DNA of 64,000 bases from the human T2T-CHM13v2.0 reference genome, Homo sapiens. The notes beneath the pieces were generated by a model. It worked only from the letters and a program-made list of their open reading frames with translations, did not search any database and was not told the origin of the DNA. The translations under genes were made by a program, and so were the position numbers. Where the stretch lies: NCBI RefSeq assembly GCF_009914755.1, contig NC_060938.1; one strand, given 5' to 3'. The stretch's first letter is position 1. Every line of letters starts with the position of its first letter. This document shows positions 12,430 to 25,807 of this stretch, one piece after another.

Positions 12430-12693
12430 AAGTTAGTTGCATCGTGTTAGGTACAGCTGTTGCTTTGTTTTCTTTTTATTTGGAAATTATGTATGGTTTA
12501 AGGAGGTCCATATGGGTGCCAAATCTACAAGGGGTGGACTTGCAGACTTAATTTCAGGTGTCAACTTGACTGGATTAAGGAATCCCTGGAAAGCTGGGAA
12601 AGCATTATTTTGGGTATGTCTGTGATGGTTTACTCAGAAGAGATCAGTGTGTGGGTCTGAGCGGACTAGGTGGGGAAGATCTGCTGTCACTGT
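12430..12693 (+). mobile_element. ERV-L 3' end, polypurine tract and start of an MLT2B-like LTR captured inside Ricksha
   Basis: aaggggtggac tract followed by gtgtcaacttgactggattaaggaa...ggactaggtggggaagatctgc. Confidence 0.75.
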
Positions 12694-12959
12694 TTTGAAT
12701 GTCCTGAATATCACAGAAGAAGTTAAAATGAAAGTAAAAAATGGACAAAATCTTGTCTGCCAAATGATGTAATCATGTACCAAACACCTCTACAGGTAGC
12801 ACCATGCTTGCCTTCACAAAATGCCTTTTGTGAGATAATAAAAATAGTTCAAAAAATTCAGTGGCCTTCTGAGCCAGACACCTCCTGGCACAGAGCTTCC
12901 TCCAGTGCTACAAGGCATATTAAATCATGAACTATTCTTGATTAGGGATTTGACTGTCA

Positions 12960-13775
12960 AAAAAGATAAACATGTTTATTTACCACTAAGTTTAACATAA
13001 CAAAACTGGTGCATGTTTCACTTTGGCTGATGAACGGCACTTTCAAAACTGTCCCCAGTGGGTTTTTTAAATCAACTTTATACAGTTTATGCCCCCATTG
13101 GATTACAAAATTCTGTAATTTAATCTGCATGTTTATGGTTTCATAACTGGAAAAAGTGAAGTACTTTTTAAAAGCTTATTTGAAGATTTGGAGGGCTTTG
13201 CAGAAGAAAATAGATTTCAATTGCATCCCCAAATTATAATGACAAGTTTTTAATTAGGTGTGATCAAGGCTTCTAAAAGTGAAATGCAAGTTGTTACCAG
13301 TAAAGTTTATATCTTCCATTCAGCCCAGCTCATTTGCCAGAAAATTCAGGTGAGTGGATTGGCCAGGCCATCTGGCAATGATGAAAATTTTAGTTTAAAA
13401 ATGTGTCATTTGTCTGTATTGGCATTCCTTCCACCTGATAAAATTCCAGGAGCTTTTGATAAATTAAAACCACAATTGCCTGAAGAAGCCAGAAATATTA
13501 CATACTGGTTTGAAAATAATGATGTGCAAGGTAGGATAAGAAGTCATTTAGGCAACGGTGTTGCTGTTCAATCAAGAGTATTGTTTCTGCCAAATGAGTG
13601 GCCTGTATATGAGGGCCTGCAAAATGGATTTCCACGTACTCAAAACAATAGACGAGAATGGCATAGAAGATTGGAAAATGTAATAGGAAATGCTCATGTC
13701 AGTGTGTATCAAATTATAGAAGAATTTCAAAAGGAGCAGTGCCACGTAGAAAATGAATGTGAATGTATTTTATGA
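12960..13775 (+). pseudogene. Decayed MULE transposase of Ricksha
   Basis: WLMNGTFKTVP (13024-13056, DGTF motif with D>N); IMTSF*LG (stop at 13251); YIFHSAQ (CxxH-like); FPRTQNNRREWHRR; frameshifts and stops. Confidence 0.8.
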
Positions 13776-14593
13776 GGAGAGTCAAATCCTAAAAACAAAA
13801 AAGGCAACTATTCATCGTGATGCATGACTTCAAAATATAGCTAATGATCATGAAAGTCAGCCAGCTATGATGAACTCTGCAATTGCCCATAATCTATCCA
13901 TGTAATATACTTTTTATGTGTCAATTTTCTTTTTAGTTGTTTCTTTTTCCATTTTTTCCACTATTTTAAATTGTCACCATTATTTTTTACAAGTTGCTAT
14001 GCTGTGTATTTCATCTTAGTATCATTTCCAATACTGAAGGTATAAATTTTGCAAAGACTTTTAGAGAGTTCTAATTTGTTTTATGCATTTTTTTTTGCAA
14101 ATTTAACTCCACAAGAGTGCATTATCACAACACTGACTTTGTGTGTAACCATTGCACATGCACATAAAAACATTAAAGTTTCCTTAATAAATGAGAAGAT
14201 ATCCTTTTTGCACATTTGCATTTGGGAAAGAGAAAATTCCTCAGGATCTCAGCTCTTTGACTACATATTAGATGGTGACCCATCCCAGCTTTTGATGAAT
14301 CTGGTCAAAAGACTTAGGTTGTCACAATATTCCAGATGACCTAAGTTATAAAGCTGAGTGCACCCAGTTACCAACCATGCTTTTATACATTTTGCTTTTT
14401 GACCCATTTCTTTACAAATACAACTCATCTGCTAATTACCATTATACCCGTGAGACTATCGTTAGCATACCTGAGTTTTATGCTTGCAAATATATGTATG
14501 TTATTATTGCCTATTGATTGTGTAAAGTGGCCTAGGAAGCGTTCCGTTGTGTTTTTGTACGTTTCTCAAATTCCACCTTAAAAATATAAATAA

Positions 14594-14895
<302 letters not shown>

Positions 14896-16412
14896 AATAA
14901 ATGCTTTTTAAAGAATGTGTTAATAATTTTTTTCCAGAATTGTATGTTCAGAATTTTGTTTTTTTAAGATTGTAATTTTCAGGATTTTAGACTGTACAGA
15001 TTTAGATCTTTTGGGACTTCAACATTTGGGATTACGACGTTTAGGATTGTGTTTTCCTGAGCTGTGGCCCAAACTCGTGTGGTCCAACGCTATTTCACAT
15101 AAGAGGAAAGCAAACCACGTGCACAGATGCAATGAAGGCTTAAATAGGCATCATGTATAGATTATATCCCAGGAAAACATGATTAAGATGATACTTAACG
15201 ACTTTTTTCCCACGGTGAAAAAGATCCACATTATTTTTCTTGTGTGGAATTAAACACAATTTCTGAATCAATATAAGTGAATGCAAATCACCACGTTCAC
15301 TTAGCTGATGCTCCTTTATTAACAGGGATAGAAAGGAGGTCATTCGAAGAGATGATGGCACAGGACCCAGGACCTGAGGAAGCTGCAGTGGGTGAAGGGG
15401 AGAAACAGAGGAGCAGGGGCTGGAGAAAGAGTGGGGAGTCATCAACCACCCTCCTTTCTCCTGGCGTCTGGTTTTCGGGGCCCAGAGGTTTTCTCTAGGG
15501 CCTCAGAGAAGCTTCCAAGTCTGTTCATTTCTCTTTCCCCACCCCTGCTTGTATCACAAATAAAGAAATTATTGACAACTGAGTTCCTGACTAGGTGGCA
15601 GGATTTTAGGGACCCTTCACCTCGTCTGAAACTCGTGAAGGTAGTGGGAATCCCATGGGTTAGTTAGCAATAGTCCCTGAGATTATTTGGTCATATAAAT
15701 AATCAGAAAACTCATAGTCATCTTGCTTTTCTTATAATGCCCAGCTGGGGGATGGTGGGGGTAGGTAGGACTGAAGTGAGAAGAGATAGAACCAGAGCTG
15801 GCTTTCATGAATGGGGCTCTCCAGAGCAATCAGGCCTAAGTACAACCAAGAAGGGTCTTGAAGCCACTCTGGTGAGGGCAGCCTGGTCTCAGGCCCCAGC
15901 TCACACCAAGCACGTCACCTGTCTGACTGGGAAGCTTAAGCAATGTGTTTCTGTTTTTGCTTTTGTTTTCTGGTAAAGAATTCAATGTCATTAGCTACAT
16001 TCACAATGCTGTGCAATCATCACCACTATCCATTTCTGAAACATTCTATCATCCCAGAGAGGAACTCTGTGCCCATTAGACACTAACCCCGCCCATTTCC
16101 ACTTCCTGCCAGTCCTGAAAACCTCTATTCTACTTTGTGTCTCCATTAATTTGCCTGTTCCAGGTTCTTCATATAGATGGAATCACATAGTCTGTGTTTG
16201 ACGTCTCACTTAGCATAATGTTTTTAAGTTTTATCTATGTGGTAGCAAGTATCAGAATTCCCTCCCTTTTTAAAGATCACTAATATTCCATTTTATGTCT
16301 ATACCACATTTTGTTTATCCATCTATCCCTCAATAGACTTTTTAGGTTGTTTCCACCTTGTGGTTCCTGTAAATAAGGCTGCTGTAATGCTGCAATGAAC
16401 ACAGGTGTAGCA

Positions 16413-16942
16413 GGCAGGTGTGGTGGCATGTGCCTGTAGTTCCTGCTACTCAGGCATCTGAGGCAGGAAGATTGCTTGAGCCCAGGAGTACTGGGCTGCA
16501 GTGTGCTGTGTTGATCAGATGTCTGCACGAAATTAGACATTAGTACAGTGACCTCCTGGGATAAGGGACTACCAGGTTGCCTAAGGAGGGGCGAACCGGC
16601 CTGGGTTGGAGACAAAGCAGGGCACAACTCCCAGTTTGACCAGCAGGGGGTCATGCCTGTGGACAGCCACGCAGCAGGGAGATCCTGCCCATGGACAGCC
16701 CCGCAGCAGGGAGATCGTGCCTGTAAACAGCCCCGCAGCAGGGGGTCATGCCTGTGGACAGCCCCTCACCAGGGGTTCGTGCCTGTGGACAGCCCCGCAG
16801 CAGGGGATTGTGCCTGTGGACAGCCCCGCAGCAGGGGGTCGTGCCTGTGGACAGCTCCCCAGCAGGGGGATCATGCCTATAAACAGCCCCTGCACTCCAG
16901 GCTGGGAAACAGAATGAGACCCTATTTATTAAAAAAAAAAAA
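16413..16942 (+). pseudogene. 7SL (SRP RNA) processed pseudogene with internal minisatellite
   Basis: Alu domain, S domain (GTGACCTCC..CCAGGTTGCCTAAGGAGGGG.GAACCGGCC), 3' TGCACTCCAG..GAGACCC and poly-A 16931-16942; TSD gaacacaggtg at 16397-16407 and 16965-16975. Confidence 0.93.
16641..16890. repeat. 31-32 bp GC-rich minisatellite, 8 copies
   Basis: Unit ~CAGCAGGGGGTCGTGCCTGTGGACAGCCCCG starts at 16641, 16672, 16704, 16736, 16767, 16798, 16829 and 16860. Confidence 0.96.
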
Positions 16943-17110
16943 GGGGGGGGATGGGGTGGGGAGAGAACACAGGTGCACAAGTATCTATTTGAGTAACTGC
17001 TTTCCATTCTTTTGAAGATAGATATAGGTAGATAAAGATACAGATATAGAGATTTATAGATGTGAGTGGGATTACTGAATCATATGGTAATTCTATGTCT
17101 AAATTCTTGA

Positions 17111-17529
<419 letters not shown>

Positions 17530-17575
17530 CTGATTTTTTTGTTTTTTCTTTTTTGATAGCAGCCATCTTAATCAT

Positions 17576-17582
<7 letters not shown>

Positions 17583-17611
<29 letters not shown>
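17583..17611. repeat. (GT)n microsatellite
   Basis: Read directly. Confidence 0.95.
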
Positions 17612-17613
<2 letters not shown>

Positions 17614-19009
17614 AATATCACATTGGTGATTCTAATGTGTAACCAGGAAAGAAAAGCATGGATTCTGGGTCTCAGTTTTTCATCTAGGTAAACCGGAGCA
17701 AATAAAACCTATTGAAGAGTTCTCCTGATGATTGAATGAGTTTCCCCATAGAAGGCAAAATCTACAAATGTTGGTTCCTCTCTTATTCCCTTGGAATTCT
17801 ACTAAACTTCCTGCCTCAACATACAGAGAAACTCTCTGAAGCCTACAACTATGCAGATTTGACACAGGGCTGATTTTAACTTCTGTTTTGCTTTTACCAT
17901 ATAGCTAGCTGCAGATGTCACATGTGTCCTCCATGACATCTAAATAGCACTACACCTGCACCAGCTTTTCTCTCAAATTAACTACTCATCAGTTCTATTA
18001 TTAAACAAACAAGGAGCAGTTGTAATACTGAAGGAATGAGTGGAATTGTGCTTTAAAATTACATCTCTGCCAACACTTTTAGTTTGCTTGTTGAATAACT
18101 ACAAGTTTTCCAGTTAAATTAATAGAATACTTTATACCCATAAAATCCTGAAATACTTGACAATACACACAACAAAATATTTTACAAGTAGAGAATATAA
18201 TAAATGTATGACACTTTAGAAATTCATTGAGATAGGTTTAAACAGTGTTTACTTTTCATTGGTGTGCTTTCTTTCATCTCACAGTAATAAGCTGTGGTTT
18301 AGTTTATCGGCTGAATACTCACTATGCAGTCTTTTGTAAAATTTTGGAGGTCTGCAGTAATGTGATTATTGAGCTTCAACAGAATACACAGAAGATCCCA
18401 GGAACCACAAACTAATCCATCCACTATGCAGTATCTAAAGTGTTTGCAAAAATAAAAACAAACAACAACAACAAAAAAAAACTGAACAATTGACTTGTAG
18501 CAAAGCTATCACATTAGTGCAAAAGTAATTGTGGTTTTGCCATTGAAAGTAATGAAAGTAATTGAAAGAATAGGTGTTCTAGCTGGACATTCTACAATGC
18601 ATGCCACAACCATAGATCAATTGTGTATTGAAAACCCAAACCAACCGAGGATCACTGCTGTGCATTATTCCCATCGTGTCATAATGTGGCAAACTAAAAC
18701 TAAGGACTTGTAACAAGGGATTTTCAGAGGGAGAGCAAACATATTGGTTAAAGCAAAGAAAACTGGCAATTTTCAATTTTCTCAAATCAAACTATTCACT
18801 ACTTTGTATCCTTCTCTACAAAATCCAGAACTTTTGATAGGATCACCCTTAGGTAAAACTGTAAAATGGGCAGCTTCTGATCAATAGGCCTCAACTCCTT
18901 TTCCCTTCTGTATCACAGACCGTGTGGGTGAATCCATCACATGACCTAATACGATTTGGCCAGTTGGGAAAGGTCTCTTTAAAGAACTAACACTCAGGCT
19001 GGGATCTAG

Positions 19010-19165
19010 AGCAAAGCACCATAAACTTGAATGTGCATATGAACCACCTGGGGACCTTGTCAACATGCAGATTCTGATTCATTGGATCTAGGGTGGTGCC
19101 TGAGCTCTAGCAAGCTCCCAGAGATGCCTATGTGACTGCCTTGGACATCAGTTACAGTAGCAAGA
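19010..19165. mobile_element. MER5 hAT-Charlie MITE
   Basis: accacctggggaccttgtcaacatgcagattctgattcattggatctagggtgg. Confidence 0.75.
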
Positions 19166-19329
19166 ATATAAGCAGATACCAGCCAACAAAGCAGGAGTGA
19201 ATGCATCACGGCCCAGGCAGCCCTGGACCACGCCAGCTCAGGGATCTCAGAAAAGAGTAACTGGACTGAGGTCTATGAGTGCTTCCATGAGAGGTGAGGC
19301 TGAGAAGTTGGACAAGATCTAGGTCAATG

Positions 19330-20000
19330 TGTTAACTTCCTACTAAATGCAAGGCTAGGCTCTGCATAAACAGAAACAAATAAGGCAAAGCTAGTCCTTG
19401 CATCTTTAGAGCTTGCAGTCTAGCAGAATTATTTCGTGGGTAGAAAATCATTAAATATTTTTAAACGAAGGAGAGACATGATCTAATTGAAATTTTTGAA
19501 GAACCTCTCTGGGTGTGCCATAGAAAAGGTATTGGAGAGGCCAAAAGTTGGAAAGACGAGTATATGTTTGCAGATCAGCTGAAAGATGCGCATGACAGAA
19601 ACAGATAATTTTAGCACATATTTTGAAAGTGAAATAACAGTACTTGTTTGCAGGTTGTGATGGTAGGGGGGTTGCAGGAAGAAGAAAGCATCAAGGATGA
19701 TGATGCTTTCTGGAAGAAGCAAATGGGTAAATGGAGACGATTTTTATAAAGAATGGTAAGGCTGAAGAAGAAATAAACTAACAAAAGGGAAATGATTGAG
19801 GAAGTGGCATAGATGTGGGGGCAGATCTCAAGAGTTTTGAATTCTGATTTTAGGAATGCCTGTGAAAATCCCAGTGGAGATTTCAAGATGGCAGGTGCAC
19901 ATAATGTTTTGGAGCTTGGGAGGAGAGGTCTGTAGGAGCCATATGCATATCAATGGTATCTAAAGCCATAGGAATTAATAAAACCTTGTCTAGAGTCTGT
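19330..20000 (-). mobile_element. L2 LINE remnant
   Basis: gagacatgatctaatt, ccagtggagatttcaagatggcaggtg, gtatctaaagccatagga. Confidence 0.6.
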
Positions 20001-20005
20001 GTAGG

Positions 20006-20225
20006 CAGGGTTGTCCAATCTTTTGGCTTCCCTGGCTGCATTCGAATAAGAAGAATTGTCTTGAGCCACACATAAAATATACTAACATTAACAATAGATG
20101 ATGAGCTTAAAAAAATCATAAAATATCTTATAATGCTTGAAGAATGTTTACAAATTTGTGTTTGGCTGCACTCAAAGCTGTCCTGGGCCACACGTTGCCC
20201 ACAGGCCATGAGTTGGACAAGCTTA
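20006..20225 (+). mobile_element. MER30 DNA transposon
   Basis: CAGGGTTGTCCAATCTTTTGGCTTCCCTGG...GTTGGACAAGCTT. Confidence 0.9.
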
Positions 20226-20379
20226 GTATGGAATAAGAACAGAAGAGGACCCAGGATTTAAGAACTTCAACATTTAAAGTTTGGGCAAAGAGGGAGAAGC
20301 TGATAAGAAAATAGTTCAAGCTGGAGGAAGAGGTCAGGGGTCTACTCTATCGAATGTTCCTGAGACCCCATTGGACTTA

Positions 20380-20510
20380 TATATTACATAATATGTACAA
20401 TATATGTTATTTTGGTGATGGATACCCTAATAGCTTTGAACTGACCACTATGCATGGAACAAAATTGCACATGTGTCCCATAAATTTTATATAAACAAAA
20501 GTAAATAAAT
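20380..20510 (+). mobile_element. Short L1 3'-end fragment
   Basis: ggtgatggataccctaatagc...aaattgcacatgtgtcccataaatttt followed by A-rich tail. Confidence 0.65.
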
Positions 20511-20934
20511 AGAAGGAAGGAAAGGAGAAAGAGAGAGAAGGAAGGAAGGAAGGAAGGAAGGAAGGAAGGAAGGAAGGAAGGAAGGGCGAGGAAAGGAAAG
20601 GAAAGAAGGAGAGGAGAGTGAGGAAAGGAAGGGAAGGGAAAGGAAAGGAAGGGAAAGGAAAGGAAAGGAAAGGAAAGGAAAGGAAAGGAAAAGAGAGGAG
20701 AGGAAAGGAAAGGAAAGGAAAGGAAAGGAAAGGAAAGGAAAGGAAAGGAAAGGAAGGGAAGGGAAAGGAAAGGAAAGGAAAGGAAAGGAAAGGAAAGGGA
20801 AGGGAAGGAAAGGAAAGGGAAGGGAAGGAAAGAAGGAGGAGAGAGCAAGGGAAGGTTAGGAAAGGGAGGGAAGGAAGGAAGAGAGAAAGAAAGAGGAAAG
20901 AAAGAGAGAGAGAGAAAGAGAGAAAGAGAAGAAA

Positions 20935-21011
<77 letters not shown>

Positions 21012-21044
21012 AAAAAGGGAGAGAAAGAAAGAGAGAAAGAGGAA
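20511..21044. repeat. Polypurine compound repeat (GGAA)n/(GGAAA)n/(GAAA)n
   Basis: 534 nt with only 5 pyrimidines; (GGAA)11 at 20540-20583. Confidence 0.97.
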
Positions 21045-21076
21045 TAGTGTTCATGATGTTTAGGAATCACCAGTTC

Positions 21077-21420
21077 TGGGGGTGCTGAATTGTGTCCCCC
21101 CAGATTCCTATGTTGAAGAGCTGATCCCCACTGCTTCAGAGGGACTGATTTAGAGAAGGCATTCAAAGAGGTAAGTGAGGTCAAATAAAACCATATGGGT
21201 GGACCCTAAACCAATATGGCAGGTGTCCATCTAAAAAGAGATTGAGACACAGGCAACACAGCCTGAGGACACAGCAAGAAGGGAGGCATCTGCAAGGCAG
21301 CAGTTCTCAGAAGAAGGCAAACCTGCTGACATTCCATCCTGGATTTCCAGTCTTCAGAGCTTGAGAAGATAAACCACTCAGTCTGTGGCAGCTTGTGATG
21401 GAAGCCCTTAGCACTCTTAT
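21077..21420 (+). mobile_element. MLT1 (MLT1B-like) solo LTR
   Basis: ctgaattgtgtccccc...gggtggaccctaaaccaatatg...ttccagtcttcagagcttgagaagataaa. Confidence 0.75.
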
Positions 21421-24400
21421 ATGGTGACCTTAGCGCAAGCAGTTTCATAGGCTTGATGAAAGTGAAAGCCAAACTGACCTGAATAAAGAGTGAAAGGAAA
21501 ATGAGAAAAAGGAGATAGTAAGTGTGGAAAATACTTGAGAAAAATTTGCCAAGAAAGGAGGAGATGACTTGATAGCTAGAAAGACACACAGAGTCAAAGT
21601 TAAGGTTCCTCCAAAATAGAAGATATTTTAAATGAAAAATTTATATTTAAATGCTGACAGAATGCATCAAGAAGGAGAGAGATTGAAGATGCAGATGACA
21701 AATGGAAAAGCAATGAACAGAATCCCTGAAAAGTCAGGAAAAGAAGGGAGATTATTAGAGGGATGTCCTTTTACAGGAAGAGGAATACTTCCTCCACTGC
21801 CCCAGGATTTAAAAAGCTTGTAAATTACAGGTAACATTATACCTAATTATAGAGCTTTATGCTTTTCAATAAATTTTATTGTACATAATACAGTCACTCT
21901 GTGAATTCAGTGAGACAGATAGTTATCCACATTTTACATAAAAAGAAAGAAAAGGCAGAAAAGAAGTGATTTGCTTGAAGTAACACAGAAATAGCTGGTA
22001 GAACCATGTACTGTGTAGATGGTAGGGCTCCTGACTTCTCATTTCACACCAGAAATGTAGACAGAATTAGATATAATGACAGTTATTATATTTTAAACCT
22101 TTCAAATAAGAATATCCTTAGAATTTCATTCATTAACCAAGCTCAAAGCATGTGATTAGCATCTGAAAATGTTTTATTATACAATCACTAGACAGCAAAA
22201 GAGGTTTCCGTTTTCCTGTGTATATGAAAGAGTTCAACAGCCCTAAGTCACACAGTTGGAGGAAACTCAAACAAGGGAAATTTCGTTTGAAGTGATGAAA
22301 TTAGCATGATGAAGTTTACAATACAAAGATTTTTGTTTCAAGACTCTGAGGTTTGGTAGGGAGGAAGGGGAAAGGCAGACGACACCAAATAAGACTGGTT
22401 GGAGAGGGGATGAGAAGCATCAATTAGAAAGCTCTTCAAATTCAAACGGACCGTTCAAACCATCCTAGGACTAGACTCCAATCGGGAAAGACTCTGAAGG
22501 AAATGATCTCCTACTCCCACGAGATGGCTAACGTGATTTAGGTAAAAAGCTTTTAGTTTTATGGCTGGGGAGGTAGCAATAAAGAAAATGAACCTCCTGC
22601 CAGTGATTCTTTTTCAAGCTCTGCCAATTCCTGTGTCTGGGGAAGCTATAAAGAATGTCCAGCCTCATGTCAAAAGAATTGCCACAGATCTCCAGCTCAC
22701 CTACATTCAAGCATTGAAACATCCCTAAGCCTGTTCCCAGGCCAGCCTGGAACTGAGAATCCAGGAGAGTCTTTTCTGTTCTGCTGTTGCAGCTACACTA
22801 TCTACTTGTTAGCATAACCAGGGCCACCAGCAACACATGCTAGAGAAATACAGAGAGCAAAAATCAACAGCTGATGAAAAGCAGAATCTTTTCTTTTTGA
22901 CAGCAATACCAATAGCATGAAGCACGTCCCTTTTGGAGCTTTCCAAACCAATTCAAAAGCGAGTTTTCTGGTGTGGATCAAGAAAGCTAGCCAAATTGTC
23001 CCTGAGTGCATAGCCACTGGCCAAGATATTAATGACTGTAGGCAGCTCAGGATGCATCCTCGGCCCCGGTGCTGTCTTTCTCAGAGCTCTGTTTAATTCC
23101 ATCAGGCACGGGCAGCATTTGGAGAAAGCTGTGTTGATTTTTGTGATCTTCAGCCGGCACAGAAGTGGCCAGTTCCCTAGCCTCCCAGCACTGTCCTTCT
23201 CCTGCCCTGCCCCTTCATGGCCTGCCTGGGCTCACTGGACCCAGGCTTTCCTTTCACCCCTGTCAAAACCTCACAGTCCTGTGTTTCTGTTTCCCTTTGA
23301 ACTACACAAACTAACTAATTTGGTGAACCTATTAAGTGAACTTCTTTATACTCATGGTCTAGAGTGCATTGAACGCTAAAGGGTTTGCTAGAGGTTGTCA
23401 AAATCAATTCTGTCTTCTTCCAACTGGACCAAGGCTTCTTTGAGTTAATAAAACTCTGAGAAATCTGAGTGGATTCTTCATAGTATCTTTTTCTATTCTT
23501 TTGGGTTTTTTTTTTTGTTTGTTTTTTACTTTTCATGGAGATTTTCCTTAATTTAACCCAAAAGATATACCCATATGACATTTCAACTAATATGAAAGAG
23601 GTAGTAGGACAAAGAATTTGAAGACAGTCTTTCAGAGCCCCACAAAGTACTTGAAATTTATCAATAAACCCCTCCCGGTGCTTCCCACCATGTTCCACAT
23701 TCCATTTCCATTTTAAGCCATGAAGCTTCAAGTGGCATCTCCTCCTGTGAAACCTACAGTTTGGATATAAATTATTGATGACTAATGACTTAGAAGAACC
23801 AAAGAAAGGATCCTCTAGTGGAGACACAGCATGGAAATGGTGGTCCAGGGTGAGACAGAACTGCTTCCAATCCCAGTGCCGCCTATGTGGTTCAGCTGTG
23901 TGCTTCCCTTCCTCTAATCTTGTTTACTCGTCTCTAATACCGGACTAATAACATATACATCAAACTATTGTGAGGGTTGAATGTAACGATATTCCAAATT
24001 GTTGCATGAGTCCAGTACTTAACAAAATGCCAAGAACAAAACATGTATCAATAAGTATGAATAGCCTTCCCAGCGCACACCTCCAAACAATGGATTTCTG
24101 GCCGATGACAAGTAGTGGTTCCCAGCGGTCCTACAGGTTATGGTTTAACTTACCACTAGCCAATCAGTAAGTTTGCCTCAGACCACATCACAATTTTTTT
24201 GCAAGCCTGGAGCTTGGTGAAAAACAAGGGGAAAAATAATCAATGTCCCTAAGGCAGATGCTGAAAGATTAACCTCGTAACATAATTCTCTCACCAGACT
24301 TTTTTCCTGAATGTCTATTTAAATTTTAACTCTGCAAATAAAATAAAGTTGGTAATGAAGGTGATTAAGATGGTATTTGTCCAGGGAACGAATCTCCTCC

Positions 24401-25807
24401 CTCACAACATACCTAAGAAAGAGATATATGTACAGAAAACGAAGCACAGTAAAATATCACTTCATTACTATCGGAGATTTTCCCCAAACACAGAGAAAGC
24501 TCTACAGAGCTGAGCTTAAGCCAGAACTCTGTTATTTACTTGGTCTAATGCCAAAACAGGCCAGAGACCCCTTTCACCTACTTCTCTTTAATCCCAAACT
24601 TATGTCTCGCTTTGATCTAAGAAAGAGCCAAATGCCCAGGAGGCGCCAGGGTAGAGAAAAGCAGCCAGCTGGAGAGTGGCCTCCGTGCCAGGGCAGTGTG
24701 TCTGAGCTTTGTTTTATTTTTCTTATTTGTCTGTAGTTGTGTGATTGGTAGAAGAGAGTAGATATGAAGTCTACTGACACAGGATTGGTCTTCAGGCATG
24801 TCTTACCAAGCATTTGGGGGAACAGAGGGGTTCCACAAATAAGAGAGCAATGATCAGACTTTCTTCTAAAAGGAGCAGCCACAAGCTACCTTAACTCTCC
24901 AACTTGCCCATTAATCTTCACCTAGAATTAGGAAGATTTCACCATTAGCTGTGGCACGTAAAAGATCCTTAAGCTTGACCAACCACAGAGGTCCATCTCC
25001 TTGAGGAGGAAGTGAAAGGGGTATGGACAGAAGCTGTGAGCTTTCTGTCCTCCGCAGGCCGCCAGCTGTGTCTTCTACTTATTGTACAAGATAGTCTCTA
25101 AATGATGTTTTCTGGCTGACAATGCCACAGAACTGATCCTTATCTCACTATGGAAATGAAAGATTTCAAAGAATTTGTTGCCTGAAATATGGTGCCCTAA
25201 TCACATATTAATAAAGCTGCTATCCAGATTTCAAAAGAAATGTTGTTAGCATTCTCAGGGACCCAAAAAGTACATATTGTAGAACAACGGTAAACAGATC
25301 TTGGAATCCGGTAGACTTTAATTCAAACCCCAGCTATGCCACTTATTAACTTATGTGACATTGGGAAAGCCTCTCAAATTTAGATTTGCAAAATCAGAAT
25401 AATGTAAGTAGCCAACAAATAGTGTTTAATGGAGGTAATAATGAAGGTTATTAAGATGATAAAATTAAACAGTGAATATAAAGTCCTTAGCATTTAATAA
25501 ATTTATCATATGATTTCAAAGCACATGCTTTTACCTACAGTGCTATAAAACTGCTTGCAATAGTCAAAGTTAATAGAAGCTCTCGTCAGAGCTAATAGAA
25601 GCCTTGTATATGTAATTATTTAAGAATTCTGTAAATATACACAATAGGGTAGGAATGAGAAAATCTTTAGAGGAAATATTCAAGTATGTTTGATTTCTAG
25701 CAAATCCAGATAGACAGTTTTGGCAACAACCAAGTCATAATTTTAAGTCTTGTTATAGGAGCTAGAATTTTATTCAAGGGACAACTGATTTGATTAGATT
25801 AGATGTT

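Noticed and set aside
16548-17015. Repetitive ORFs of 103-155 aa
   Set aside because: Translations of the 7SL-derived minisatellite; no coding evidence
20384-21184. Long ORFs of 266, 215 and 156 aa
   Set aside because: Artefacts of the stop-free polypurine/polypyrimidine repeat
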